Below are positions 32,189-40,881 of a stretch of 64,000 nucleotides of DNA, in pieces. The notes under the pieces were generated by a model, which worked only from the letters and a program-made list of their open reading frames with translations, made no database searches and was not told where the DNA came from. Positions within the stretch are counted from its first letter, which is position 1, and each line of letters opens with the position of its first letter. Source of the DNA: Vicinamibacterales bacterium (GTDB taxonomy: Bacteria > Acidobacteriota > Vicinamibacteria > Vicinamibacterales > UBA2999); the NCBI GenBank assembly GCA_050187355.1, contig JBFWXO010000006.1, positions 43,658 to 107,657 on the forward strand. Direction: 5' to 3'. The position numbers and the translations under genes were made by a program.

Positions 32189-33118
32189 ATGACGATGCGA
32201 TTGACGGGACTTCTGGCGGCGATGCTCCTGGCCGCCCCGCCCCTGGCGGGCGCGCAGGGCAAGCTGAACGTCGTCACCACCACCGAGGACCTGGCCTCGC
32301 TCGTCTCCGCGATCGGCGGGGACAAGGTGACGGTCACGGGCCTGGCCAAGGGCTACCAGGATCCCCACTTCGTGGATCCCAAGCCGAGCTTCATCCTGGC
32401 GATGAGCCGGGCCGACCTGCTCGTCGTCGTCGGCCGTGAGCTCGAGATCGGCTGGCTGCCGCCGCTCCTGAACAGCAGCCGCAACTCGAAGGTGCAGCCG
32501 GGGGCGAACGGCTACCTGGATGCGTCGCTGACGGTGCGGATCCTCGACATCCCGGCCGGCCAGATCACGCGGGCCATGGGCGACTACCACCCGCTGGCCA
32601 ACCCCCACTACGGGTTGGCGCCCGGCACCGGCCGCCGGTTGGCCGCGGCCATCCGCGACCGCCTCTCGGCGCTGCGCGGCGCCGATACGGCCTACTTCGC
32701 CGAGCGCTACAAGGACTTCGACGGCCGGCTCGCCGAGGCCGAGAAGCGCTGGGACGCCACGCTGGCGCCGTACAAGGGCACCAAGATCGTGACCTACCAC
32801 CGCTCCTGGCCGAACTTCATGGAGCGCTTCGGCCTCGACGTCATGGGCTACGTCGAGCCGAAGCCGGGCATCCCGCCCAGCCCGTCGCACACGCTCGAGC
32901 TCGTCGAGGACATGAAGGCGCAGGGCGTCAAGCTGATCGTCGTCGAGCCGTACTTCGACCCGAAGACCCCGCAGGCGATCGCCAACCAGGTGGGCGGGAA
33001 GGTGATCACGCTCGCGCCCTCGGTGGGCGGGGTGAAGGCGGCCAGCGACTACGTGCAGCTGTTCGAGTACGACGTCAGCACGCTGGCGGCCGCGCTGAAG
33101 CAGGTCACGGGCAAGTAG
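32189..33118 (+). CDS. Metal ABC transporter substrate-binding protein (ZnuA/TroA cluster A-I)
   Basis: QDPHFVDPKPS, ADLLVVVGRELEIGWL, HPLANPHY, YHRSWPNF, EPKPGIPPSPSH. Confidence 0.9.
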   Translation: MTMRLTGLLAAMLLAAPPLAGAQGKLNVVTTTEDLASLVSAIGGDKVTVTGLAKGYQDPHFVDPKPSFILAMSRADLLVVVGRELEIGWLPPLLNSSRNSKVQPGANGYLDASLTVRILDIPAGQITRAMGDYHPLANPHYGLAPGTGRRLAAAIRDRLSALRGADTAYFAERYKDFDGRLAEAEKRWDATLAPYKGTKIVTYHRSWPNFMERFGLDVMGYVEPKPGIPPSPSHTLELVEDMKAQGVKLIVVEPYFDPKTPQAIANQVGGKVITLAPSVGGVKAASDYVQLFEYDVSTLAAALKQVTGK

Positions 33119-33122
33119 CGCC

Positions 33123-33950
33123 ATGGACCTCTCGATCCTCCAGTTCCTGGCGCCCGCCATCGCGGCGAGCCTCATCATCGCGGGCATCCACGCCTATCTC
33201 GGGCTGCACGTCGTCGAGCGCGGGGTCATCTTCGTGGACCTCTCGCTGGCGCAGATCGCGTCGCTCGGCGCGGCCATCGCCGTCTTCCAGGGGTACGACG
33301 CGCACGATCCCGCCGTCTACTGGATGAGCCTGGCCTTCACCCTGATCGGCGCCTTCATCTTCGCGATGGTCAAGGGCCACGAGGCCCGGATCCCGCAGGA
33401 GGCCATCATCGGCATCTCCTATGCCGTGGCCTCGGCGGCCGTGATCCTCACGCTCAGCAAGTCCACGGGCGAAGCCGAGCACCTGCAGAGCATGCTGGTG
33501 GGGAACATCCTGTCGGTGCAGTGGCCCGAGGTGTGGCTGACGGCCGCCATCTACGCCGCCATCGGGGTGCTGCACTACGCGTTCCGCCGGAAGTTCCTCG
33601 CCATCTCGATGGACGCGGTGGGCGAAGCGGCGCGCGGCGTGCCCGTGCGCGCGTGGGACTTCCTCTTCTACGCGTCCTTCGGCCTCGTGGTGACCCGCTC
33701 GGTCGCGATCGCCGGCGTGCTCCTGGTGTTCTGCTATCTCATCGTGCCGTCGGTGGGCGGCATGCTCTTCTCGGAGCGGGTCGGCGTCCGGCTGGCGATC
33801 GGCTGGGCGATGGGCGTGCTGGTGTCGATGCTGGGGATGTACTTCTCGGTCCAGTTCGACTTCCCCACGGGGGCGGCCATCGTCTGCACCTTCGGCCTCG
33901 TCCTGGCCCTGATGGCGCTCGTGCGTTCGCTGGCGCGCGGGCGCACCTGA
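33123..33950 (+). CDS. Metal ABC transporter permease (ZnuB/MntB-like, ABC-3)
   Basis: YLGLHVVERGVIFVDLSLAQ, QEAIIG, SVAIAGVLLVFCYLIVP; multiple TM helices. Confidence 0.88.
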   Translation: MDLSILQFLAPAIAASLIIAGIHAYLGLHVVERGVIFVDLSLAQIASLGAAIAVFQGYDAHDPAVYWMSLAFTLIGAFIFAMVKGHEARIPQEAIIGISYAVASAAVILTLSKSTGEAEHLQSMLVGNILSVQWPEVWLTAAIYAAIGVLHYAFRRKFLAISMDAVGEAARGVPVRAWDFLFYASFGLVVTRSVAIAGVLLVFCYLIVPSVGGMLFSERVGVRLAIGWAMGVLVSMLGMYFSVQFDFPTGAAIVCTFGLVLALMALVRSLARGRT

Positions 33951-34011
33951 CCGGAGGATTCCGCCGGCCGGCGGCGGTCCTGGCGGTAGACTACGCGCCG
34001 GAGGACGCCCG

Positions 34012-35151
34012 ATGCCGTCACGCCGCGAGTTCCTGCAGACCGCTGCCGTCGCCGGCAGCGCCCTGGCCGCCGGGTCGAAAGCCGCGGCGGCGACCGCGCG
34101 CCAGCCCGGAGCGGCGGCGCCGCGCCGACTGAAGCTCCTGATCCTGGGCGGGACCGGCTTCATCGGCCCCTGGCAGGTCCGCTACGCCGTGCAGCGCGGC
34201 CACGAGGTGACGATCTTCAACCGCGGACGCAGCGCGCCCGGGATGTTCGAGGGCGTGGAGGAACTGACGGGCGACCGCGCGGCCAACCAGCTGGACGCGC
34301 TGAAGGGCCGGCGGTGGGACGCCGTCATCGACAACTCGGCCTCGCGGGCCGACGCGCCGGACTGGGTGCGCCAGTCGGCGGGCCTGCTGAAGGACGCCGC
34401 CGACCAGTATCTCTTCATCTCGACGCGGTCGGTGTTCGCGGACCTCAGCGCGGTCCCGGGCACGGTGGGCGCGCCGCTCCTCACGCTCGAGAACACGCCG
34501 AACTGGACGCGCGGGCAGCCCTATCCGTACGGCCTCGCCAAGGCCCTGGCCGAAGCCGAGGCCACGTCGGCCTTCGGCCCGCGCACCACGATCGTGCGGC
34601 CGGGCCTCATCGTGGGCCCGGGCGACGACACGGACCGCTTCACCTACTGGCCGGTCCGCATCGAGCGCGGCGGCGAGATCCTGGCGCCCGGGGACCCGGA
34701 GGGCGACCGCGTCCAGATCATCGACGTGCGCGACCTCTGCGAATGGGCCGTGCGCCTCTGCGAGCAGCGCACCTACGGCACGTTCATGGCCATCGGGCCA
34801 GAGCACGGGCGCTCGATGGCCGAGTTCCTGTACGGCATCGCCGGCGTCACGACGGCGCCGCTCACGTGGACGTGGGTGCCGCGGGAGTTCCTGGAGCGGC
34901 ACAAGATCCGGCCGTACGTGGAGATGCCGGTCTGGCGGCCGCCCACGCCGGGCTGGGAGGGCTTCGCGCGCTTCGACCTGACGCGCGAGATCCAGGCGGG
35001 CCTCACGTTCCGCGCCCTGGCCGATACCGCGTCGGCCACGCTCGCCTTCCATCACGGGCGTCCCACGGATCGCCAAAAACTGAGGGCGGGCGCCACGGCC
35101 GATCAGGAAGCGGCCGTCCTCACGGCGTGGCACGCGCGGGGACGCGCGTGA
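34012..35151 (+). CDS. Tat-exported NAD-dependent epimerase/dehydratase (atypical SDR)
   Basis: SRREFL twin-arginine signal; ILGGTGFIG; YGLAKALAE; IVRPGLIVGP. Confidence 0.87.
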   Translation: MPSRREFLQTAAVAGSALAAGSKAAAATARQPGAAAPRRLKLLILGGTGFIGPWQVRYAVQRGHEVTIFNRGRSAPGMFEGVEELTGDRAANQLDALKGRRWDAVIDNSASRADAPDWVRQSAGLLKDAADQYLFISTRSVFADLSAVPGTVGAPLLTLENTPNWTRGQPYPYGLAKALAEAEATSAFGPRTTIVRPGLIVGPGDDTDRFTYWPVRIERGGEILAPGDPEGDRVQIIDVRDLCEWAVRLCEQRTYGTFMAIGPEHGRSMAEFLYGIAGVTTAPLTWTWVPREFLERHKIRPYVEMPVWRPPTPGWEGFARFDLTREIQAGLTFRALADTASATLAFHHGRPTDRQKLRAGATADQEAAVLTAWHARGRA

Positions 35152-36653
35152 GCGGCCCGGGCAGGGTCGCCGCCACGACCGACGTCTCCACGCTCGACAC
35201 CGAGTTCACGCGGGGCCTGGGCCTCTACGACTCGACCATGATCGTGGTCGGCTCGATGATCGGCTCGGGCATCTTCATCGTGTCGGCCGACATGGCGCGG
35301 CTGCTCGGCAGCCCCGGCTGGCTGCTCGCGGCGTGGGTGCTCACGGGCTTCCTGACCATCGTCGGCGCGCTGTCGTATGGCGAACTGGCGACGATGATGC
35401 CCCGGGCCGGCGGTCAGTACGTGTACCTGCGCGAGGCTTACAACCCGCTCTGCGGCTTCCTGTACGGCTGGACGCTGTTCCTGGTGATTCAGACGGGCAC
35501 CGCGGCCGCCGTGGCCGTCGGCTTCGCCCGCTACCTCGGCGCGCTCTGGCCCGCGATCGCCGACGACCGGTATCTCGTGCCGCCCGTGCACCTGACGACC
35601 GGCTACGCGCTCTCGCTGTCCACCACGCAGGGCGTGGCGCTGCTGCTCATCGCCTTGCTGACGTGGACCAACACCCGCGGCCTGCAGTACGGAAAGATCA
35701 TCCAGAACCTCTTCACCACGACGAAGACCGGCGCGCTCATCGGTCTGGCCGCCGTCGGGATCCTGGCCGGCTGGAACACCGAGGCCGTGTCCGGGAACTT
35801 CGGCGCCGCGTGGACGCCGCAGGGCGTCACCCCGGTGGTGCCGGGCCTGGACGCCACGACCGCCTTCGGGCTGTTCGTGGCCCTCGCCGTGTCGCAGACC
35901 GGCTCGCTCTTCTCGGCCGACGCGTGGAACAACATCACGTTCACGGCGGGCGAGGTGAAGGAGCCGCAGCGCAACGTCCCGCTGTCGCTGGCCTTCGGCA
36001 CCGTGATCGTGATCGGCCTCTACGTGCTGGCCAACGTCGCCTACCTGGTGACGCTGCCCCTCGACACGATGCAGCACGTGCCCGGCGACCGCGTGGCGAC
36101 GGCCACCCTCGACCGGATCTTCCAGGGCGCCGGCGCGACGATCATGGCCGTGGGCATCATGATTTCGACCTTCGGCTGCGCCAACGGCCTGCTGCTCTCG
36201 GGGGCGCGGGCCTACTACGCGATGGCGCGCGACGGGCTGTTCTTCGCGGGGGCCGGCCGACTCAACGCCGCGAAGGTGCCGGCGTGGGGCCTCGTGCTGC
36301 AGGGCGTGTGGGCGGCGTTCCTGGTGCTGCCGCGCACCTTCGACGCGGGAACGGGCGCGTACGGGAACGTGTACAGCAACCTCCTCGACTACATCGTGTC
36401 GGCGGCGCTGCTCTTCTACATCCTGACGATTGCGGCCGTGTTCCGGCTGCGGCGGTCGCGGCCGGACGCGCCCCGGCCCTACAAGGCGTTCGGGTATCCG
36501 CTGGTGCCGGCCCTGTACATCGCCGGGGCGGCCGCCATCCTGCTGGTGCTCGTCGCGTATCGCCCGGCCACCACGTGGCCGGGCTTCGCGATCGTCCTGC
36601 TGGGGCTGCCGGTGTACGCCGCGTGGGCCAGGAAGGCGTCACCCGCGCGCTGA
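35148..36653 (+). CDS. APC-family amino acid permease
   Basis: GSMIGSGIFIV, GGQYVYLREAY, AWNNITFTAGEVKEPQRN, RAYYAMARDG; GTG start overlapping the upstream stop. Confidence 0.92.
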   Translation: MSGPGRVAATTDVSTLDTEFTRGLGLYDSTMIVVGSMIGSGIFIVSADMARLLGSPGWLLAAWVLTGFLTIVGALSYGELATMMPRAGGQYVYLREAYNPLCGFLYGWTLFLVIQTGTAAAVAVGFARYLGALWPAIADDRYLVPPVHLTTGYALSLSTTQGVALLLIALLTWTNTRGLQYGKIIQNLFTTTKTGALIGLAAVGILAGWNTEAVSGNFGAAWTPQGVTPVVPGLDATTAFGLFVALAVSQTGSLFSADAWNNITFTAGEVKEPQRNVPLSLAFGTVIVIGLYVLANVAYLVTLPLDTMQHVPGDRVATATLDRIFQGAGATIMAVGIMISTFGCANGLLLSGARAYYAMARDGLFFAGAGRLNAAKVPAWGLVLQGVWAAFLVLPRTFDAGTGAYGNVYSNLLDYIVSAALLFYILTIAAVFRLRRSRPDAPRPYKAFGYPLVPALYIAGAAAILLVLVAYRPATTWPGFAIVLLGLPVYAAWARKASPAR

Positions 36654-36682
36654 ACGCCGTTCGCCGCCGGGCGGCGGCGCCT

Positions 36683-37141
36683 TCAGTGCTTGACGAAGAC
36701 CGTCTTCGCGCCGCCCTTGGTGAAGGCCACCGTGTTGTACGGGTCCTTTTGGCCGCCCTGCTCCATGCCCGGCGAGCCCATCGGCATCCCGGGCACGGCG
36801 ATGCCCGTGATCTTCGGCCGTTCCTTCAGCATCTTCTGGATGTCGGCGGCGGGCACGTGGCCTTCCACCGTGTATCCCTCGACCTTGGCCGTGTGGCACG
36901 ACCGCAGATCGTCGGTGACGCCTGACTCGGCCGCGACCTGGTCGAGCCGCTGATCGCTCACGTCGTGGGCTTCCACCTGGAAGCCTGCCGCCCGGAGATG
37001 TTGCACCCAGGCGCCGCAGCAGCCTCAAGTGGGTGATTTGTAGACGACCACCTTTGTCGCGGCCTGCCTCGCCTGCACGGCGAGACCGAATCCGACGGAC
37101 GCGACGGCGGCCAGGGCGATGGCAAGGGCTCTGGTGCGCAT
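36683..37141 (-). CDS. DUF411/CopG-like exported metal-binding protein with in-frame TGA at codon 39 (candidate selenoprotein, or pseudogene)
   Basis: Continuous frame MRTRALAIALAAVASVGFGLAVQARQAATKVVVYKSPT-TGA-GCCGAWVQHLRAAGF...SCHTAKVEGYTVEGHVPA...GIAVPGMPMGSPGME; the family motif is YKSPTCGCC. Confidence 0.85.
36985..37022 (-). other. Candidate bacterial SECIS-like hairpin 3' of the UGA
   Basis: Hand-folded mRNA after UGA: CUGCU/GGCAG lower stem, 5-nt bulge, GCCUGG/CCGGGC upper stem, 11-nt loop starting with G, 18 nt from the UGA. Confidence 0.5.
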
Positions 37142-37278
37142 GACGGCTAGTGTGCCACAGGCCCGGCGGCGCCGCGGCTGAGCCGGCCGGATCCGCGCCG
37201 GTGCGCGGACTCTTCCGCACACGGCACCCGGCGCCGGCCCGCGGTCCACGGCCATGGGCCGCGCCGCACGATCTTCAC

Positions 37279-37294
37279 TGGCAATCGAATTGCT
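37279..37294 (+). promoter_or_regulatory. Putative sigma54 -24/-12 promoter
   Basis: TGGCAatcgaaTTGCT with exact GG-N10-GC spacing, 67 nt upstream of the ATG at 37362. Confidence 0.72.
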
Positions 37295-37361
37295 CCGGCA
37301 CGACCGTTCGGCGCGTGCGCCGGTCCCCGGGTGTCGCCGCCCGGCGTCGAAGGAGGCTCTC

Positions 37362-40300
37362 ATGACACGACGCACCCCTCGGGTTCCGCTTCTGGCCCTG
37401 TTCGCGGCCTGTGTCCTGGCGTTGTCGGACTCGAGCGGGCCCCTCACGGCCCGGCAGGCGACTCCGCCATCGCCGGAGATGGACGCGCTGGCCCGCCTCC
37501 GGTGGCGCGAGATCGGACCGGCCAACCAGGCGGGGCGCGTGTCGGTCTTCGTCGGGGTGCCGGGCGATCCCGGCGTCATGTACGTGGCCGGCGCCAACGG
37601 CGGCATCTTCAAGACGACCAACGCCGGCGTCACCTGGCGGCCGATCTTCGACCACCAGGCCGTGCTGTCCATCGGGGCGATCGAGGTCGCGCCCTCCAAC
37701 CCGAACGTCCTCTACGTCGGCACCGGGGAGGGCAACCCGCGGAACAACGCCTCCTTCGGCGACGGCGTCTACCGGTCCAACGACGGCGGCGAGACGTGGT
37801 CCCACCTGGGCCTCCGAGACACCGACCGCATCGCCCGGATCCGCATCGACGGGCGCAACCCCGATATCGCGTACGTCTGCGCGATGGGGCGCGAGTGGGG
37901 CCAGAGCGAGGCGCGGGGCGTCTTCAGGACGGGCGACGGGGGCCGGACCTGGCAGAAGGTGCTCTACAAGGATCAGAGCACCGGCTGCTCGGACATCGAC
38001 GTCAACCCCGAGAACTCGAACGAGATCTACGCCGGCATGTACACGTTCTACCGGCAGCCGTGGCACCTGCGCAGCGGCGGCGGCGAGACGGCGCTCTACA
38101 AGTCCATGGACGGGGGCACGACGTGGACGAAGATGACCAGGGGGCTTCCCGCCATGCTCGACCGGATCGGCGTCTCGATCTCGCGCAGCAGTCCGAGCAC
38201 CGTCTACATGGTGAGCGAGACGCTCGACTACGGCGGCGAGCTGTGGCGCACCGACGACTCCGGCGCCGCGTGGCGGCTGGCCAGCAAGGACCCCAACATC
38301 AACTTCCGGCCCTTCTACTACGCGGACATCCGCGTCGATCCGCAGGATCCCAACCGTGTCTACGCGCTGTCCGGCGCGCTGTACCTCACCGAGGACGGCG
38401 GCCGCACGTTCCGGACGATCGGCCGCGACGTGCACGGCGACCACCAGGCCCTGTGGATCGACCCGCTGAACCCGAAGCGCGTGCTGAGCGGCAGCGACGG
38501 CGGATTCCAGATCTCCTACGACCGCGGCGCCACCTTCGAGGTGATCAACACCGTGGCGTTCACGCAGTTCTACCACGTGCACTACGACCTGCAGCGGCCG
38601 TACATGGTCTGCGGCGGCCTGCAGGACAACGGCACGTGGTGCGGTCCGAGCAACTCGCTCGCGGCCGAGGGCATCCGGAAGACGGACTGGTACACGGTGG
38701 GCGGCGGAGACGGCTTCTTCGCCGTGCCGGACCTGTCGCACCCGTGGCGGGTCTACACGGACCTGCAGGGCGGGGTCATCAGCGTCATCGACACGCGCTC
38801 GGGAGCGCAGCGCACGATCTCGCCGTATCCCAACCGGGTGGGGTCGGTGGGCGACGCGATGGAGCACCACAAGTACCGCTTCAACTGGGACTCGCCGATC
38901 GAACTGTCGCCCCAGGACCCGAACACCGTGTACTTCGGCGGCAACGTCCTGTTCAGGACCACCAACGCCGGCCAGTCGTGGGACGTCATCAGCCCCGACC
39001 TCACGACCAACGACAAGCGGAAGCAGGTCTCCTCGGGAGAACCGATCGTGGTGGACAACACCGCGGCCGAGTTCTACTGCACCATCATCGCCATCGCGCC
39101 GTCGCCGGTCGACCCGGACGTCATCTGGGTGGGCACCGACGACGGGAACGTGCAGGTGACCAGGGACGGCGGGAAGACGTGGGCGAACGTCGTCGGCAAC
39201 ATCAAGGGCCTGGCGCCAAACGCGTGGATTCCCAACATCGAGGCGTCGCACGCCGACGCGGGCACCGCGTACGTGGCCGTCGATCACCACCGGGACGACG
39301 ACTACGCCCCGTATTTCTTCAAGACGACGGACTTCGGCCGGACGTGGACGTCCTTCACGGTGGGGACGTCCACGACCGCCGGCTGGTCGCACGTCATCCG
39401 CGAGGACCCGAAGAACAGGAACGTCCTCTACGCGGGGACGGAGCTGGGGCTCTGGGTGTCGTTCGACGGCGGCGCCCGGTGGACGTCGCTGCGCAACAAC
39501 ATGCCGCCGGCACCCGTGCGCGACATCAAGATCCACCCGCGCGACAACGACATCATCGTGGCCACGCACGGGCGCGGCCTCTACATCCTCGATCGGGCCG
39601 CCGCGGTGCAGCAGATCGCGGACGCCCTCAAGACGGACGTGTTCCTGTTCGACGTCGCCCCCGCCGTCCGATGGACCATCTGGGGCCGGGACGGCAACCT
39701 GGGTCAGAAGCTGTACCGGGCGGACAACCCGCCGCAGGGCGCCGTGATCGACTACTACCTCAAGGCGGACAGGACGCCGGACCTGTCGATCGTCATCACC
39801 GACGCCGCCGGCAGGACGGTCCGCACGCTGCGCAACCCGCCGGCGGACGCCGGCGTCAGCCGCGTCACCTGGGACCTCCGCTACGACGGACCGCGGCCGG
39901 GCGCGGCCCAGCAGCGCCGCGGCGCCGACGAGGAGGAGGACAACGCGTTCCGGCGCTTCGGCGCGGCCGGTCCCTGGGTGCTGCCGGGCGACTACACCGT
40001 CACCCTCCAGGCCGGGGGCCGTACCTTGAAGAAGACGGTGCGCGTCGAGATGGACCCGCGCACCGAGGTCCCGGCGGCCGACCTCACGTCACAGCTCGAC
40101 ACGGCCATGACCCTTCGCGCCCTCGCCGAGCGCGTCACCGCCACCATCGACCGCACCAACGACGTCATCCAGCAGCTCACCGAGCTGGCCGATCGGGTCA
40201 AGGCGGGCGGCCCGGACGCCGGCCTGCCGAACGCCCGCGGGGCGTACGAGCTGGCGAGCACCACCATCGGGCTCCTGACGGCGCTGCGGGACGAGCAGAT

Positions 40301-40550
40301 GGTGCGTCCGGTGGCCAACCTCGGCTATCGGCAGTATCCGCGCCTGCGCGAGGAGGTGCAGTCGGTGTACGGCATGGTCTCGCGGCCGCCGTTCCGGCCC
40401 ACCGACGGCCAGGCGCTGCGCACGAAGGAGCTCGTCCAGGAGACCGACGGCGTCGTCGCCTCGCTCAACCGCATCCTGACGGACCAGGTCGGGAAGCTGA
40501 ATCAGATGCTGGCGGGCGCGCCGCGAATCAGCGCGCCGCCGGTCAAATAG
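37362..40550 (+). CDS. Large exported VPS10/sortilin-like BNR-repeat beta-propeller protein
   Basis: SD AAGGAGG; signal peptide; repeated SxDGGxTW boxes (RSNDGGETW, KSMDGGTTW, VTRDGGKTW); WREIGPANQAGRV. Confidence 0.9.
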   Translation: MTRRTPRVPLLALFAACVLALSDSSGPLTARQATPPSPEMDALARLRWREIGPANQAGRVSVFVGVPGDPGVMYVAGANGGIFKTTNAGVTWRPIFDHQAVLSIGAIEVAPSNPNVLYVGTGEGNPRNNASFGDGVYRSNDGGETWSHLGLRDTDRIARIRIDGRNPDIAYVCAMGREWGQSEARGVFRTGDGGRTWQKVLYKDQSTGCSDIDVNPENSNEIYAGMYTFYRQPWHLRSGGGETALYKSMDGGTTWTKMTRGLPAMLDRIGVSISRSSPSTVYMVSETLDYGGELWRTDDSGAAWRLASKDPNINFRPFYYADIRVDPQDPNRVYALSGALYLTEDGGRTFRTIGRDVHGDHQALWIDPLNPKRVLSGSDGGFQISYDRGATFEVINTVAFTQFYHVHYDLQRPYMVCGGLQDNGTWCGPSNSLAAEGIRKTDWYTVGGGDGFFAVPDLSHPWRVYTDLQGGVISVIDTRSGAQRTISPYPNRVGSVGDAMEHHKYRFNWDSPIELSPQDPNTVYFGGNVLFRTTNAGQSWDVISPDLTTNDKRKQVSSGEPIVVDNTAAEFYCTIIAIAPSPVDPDVIWVGTDDGNVQVTRDGGKTWANVVGNIKGLAPNAWIPNIEASHADAGTAYVAVDHHRDDDYAPYFFKTTDFGRTWTSFTVGTSTTAGWSHVIREDPKNRNVLYAGTELGLWVSFDGGARWTSLRNNMPPAPVRDIKIHPRDNDIIVATHGRGLYILDRAAAVQQIADALKTDVFLFDVAPAVRWTIWGRDGNLGQKLYRADNPPQGAVIDYYLKADRTPDLSIVITDAAGRTVRTLRNPPADAGVSRVTWDLRYDGPRPGAAQQRRGADEEEDNAFRRFGAAGPWVLPGDYTVTLQAGGRTLKKTVRVEMDPRTEVPAADLTSQLDTAMTLRALAERVTATIDRTNDVIQQLTELADRVKAGGPDAGLPNARGAYELASTTIGLLTALRDEQMVRPVANLGYRQYPRLREEVQSVYGMVSRPPFRPTDGQALRTKELVQETDGVVASLNRILTDQVGKLNQMLAGAPRISAPPVK

Positions 40551-40648
40551 CCCGCGGCGTCGCGCCAGGGCGCCGGCCGCTGATATCCTGTCGATGCCCG
40601 GTCGGACCGCCGGCGGCGGTTCTCGACTGCCGGGCACGGAGAGTGGAC

Positions 40649-40843
40649 ATGGCCGGTTACAAGTGCGAGAAGTGCGGGATGAGCATCGGGTCGATGACGT
40701 GCGGGCAGTGCGGACAGGAGCTGGTGCACTCGACGATCACGAAGGCCGATGGCTCGTCGGTCCACGTCTCCCAGTGCCCGGGCGGGCACGGCAAGGTGAA
40801 GTCGCCGATGTGCTGCGGGCAGGACATGACCTGCTCCATCTGA
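40649..40843 (+). CDS. 64-aa Cys-rich metal-binding miniprotein
   Basis: MAGYKCEKCGMSIGSMTCGQCGQEL...SQCPGGHG...PMCCGQDMTCSI; GGAGAG SD-like sequence upstream; forms the last 64 codons of a track ORF. Confidence 0.75.
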   Translation: MAGYKCEKCGMSIGSMTCGQCGQELVHSTITKADGSSVHVSQCPGGHGKVKSPMCCGQDMTCSI

Positions 40844-40881
40844 CGCTCCGGCCGGCGCGTGCCTGAGACGGCGGGCCCGGC

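Noticed and set aside
32560-32680. Possible frameshift or degeneration in the metal SBP (GDYHPLANPHYGLAPG versus the usual GDVHPxGNPHYWLDP)
   Set aside because: The frame is continuous and both His residues are kept; substitutions alone do not show a defect.
36683-37006. 107-aa DUF411 ORF from GTG 37006 as the complete gene
   Set aside because: It lacks the signal peptide and the (C/U)GCC motif, both present in frame upstream of the TGA.
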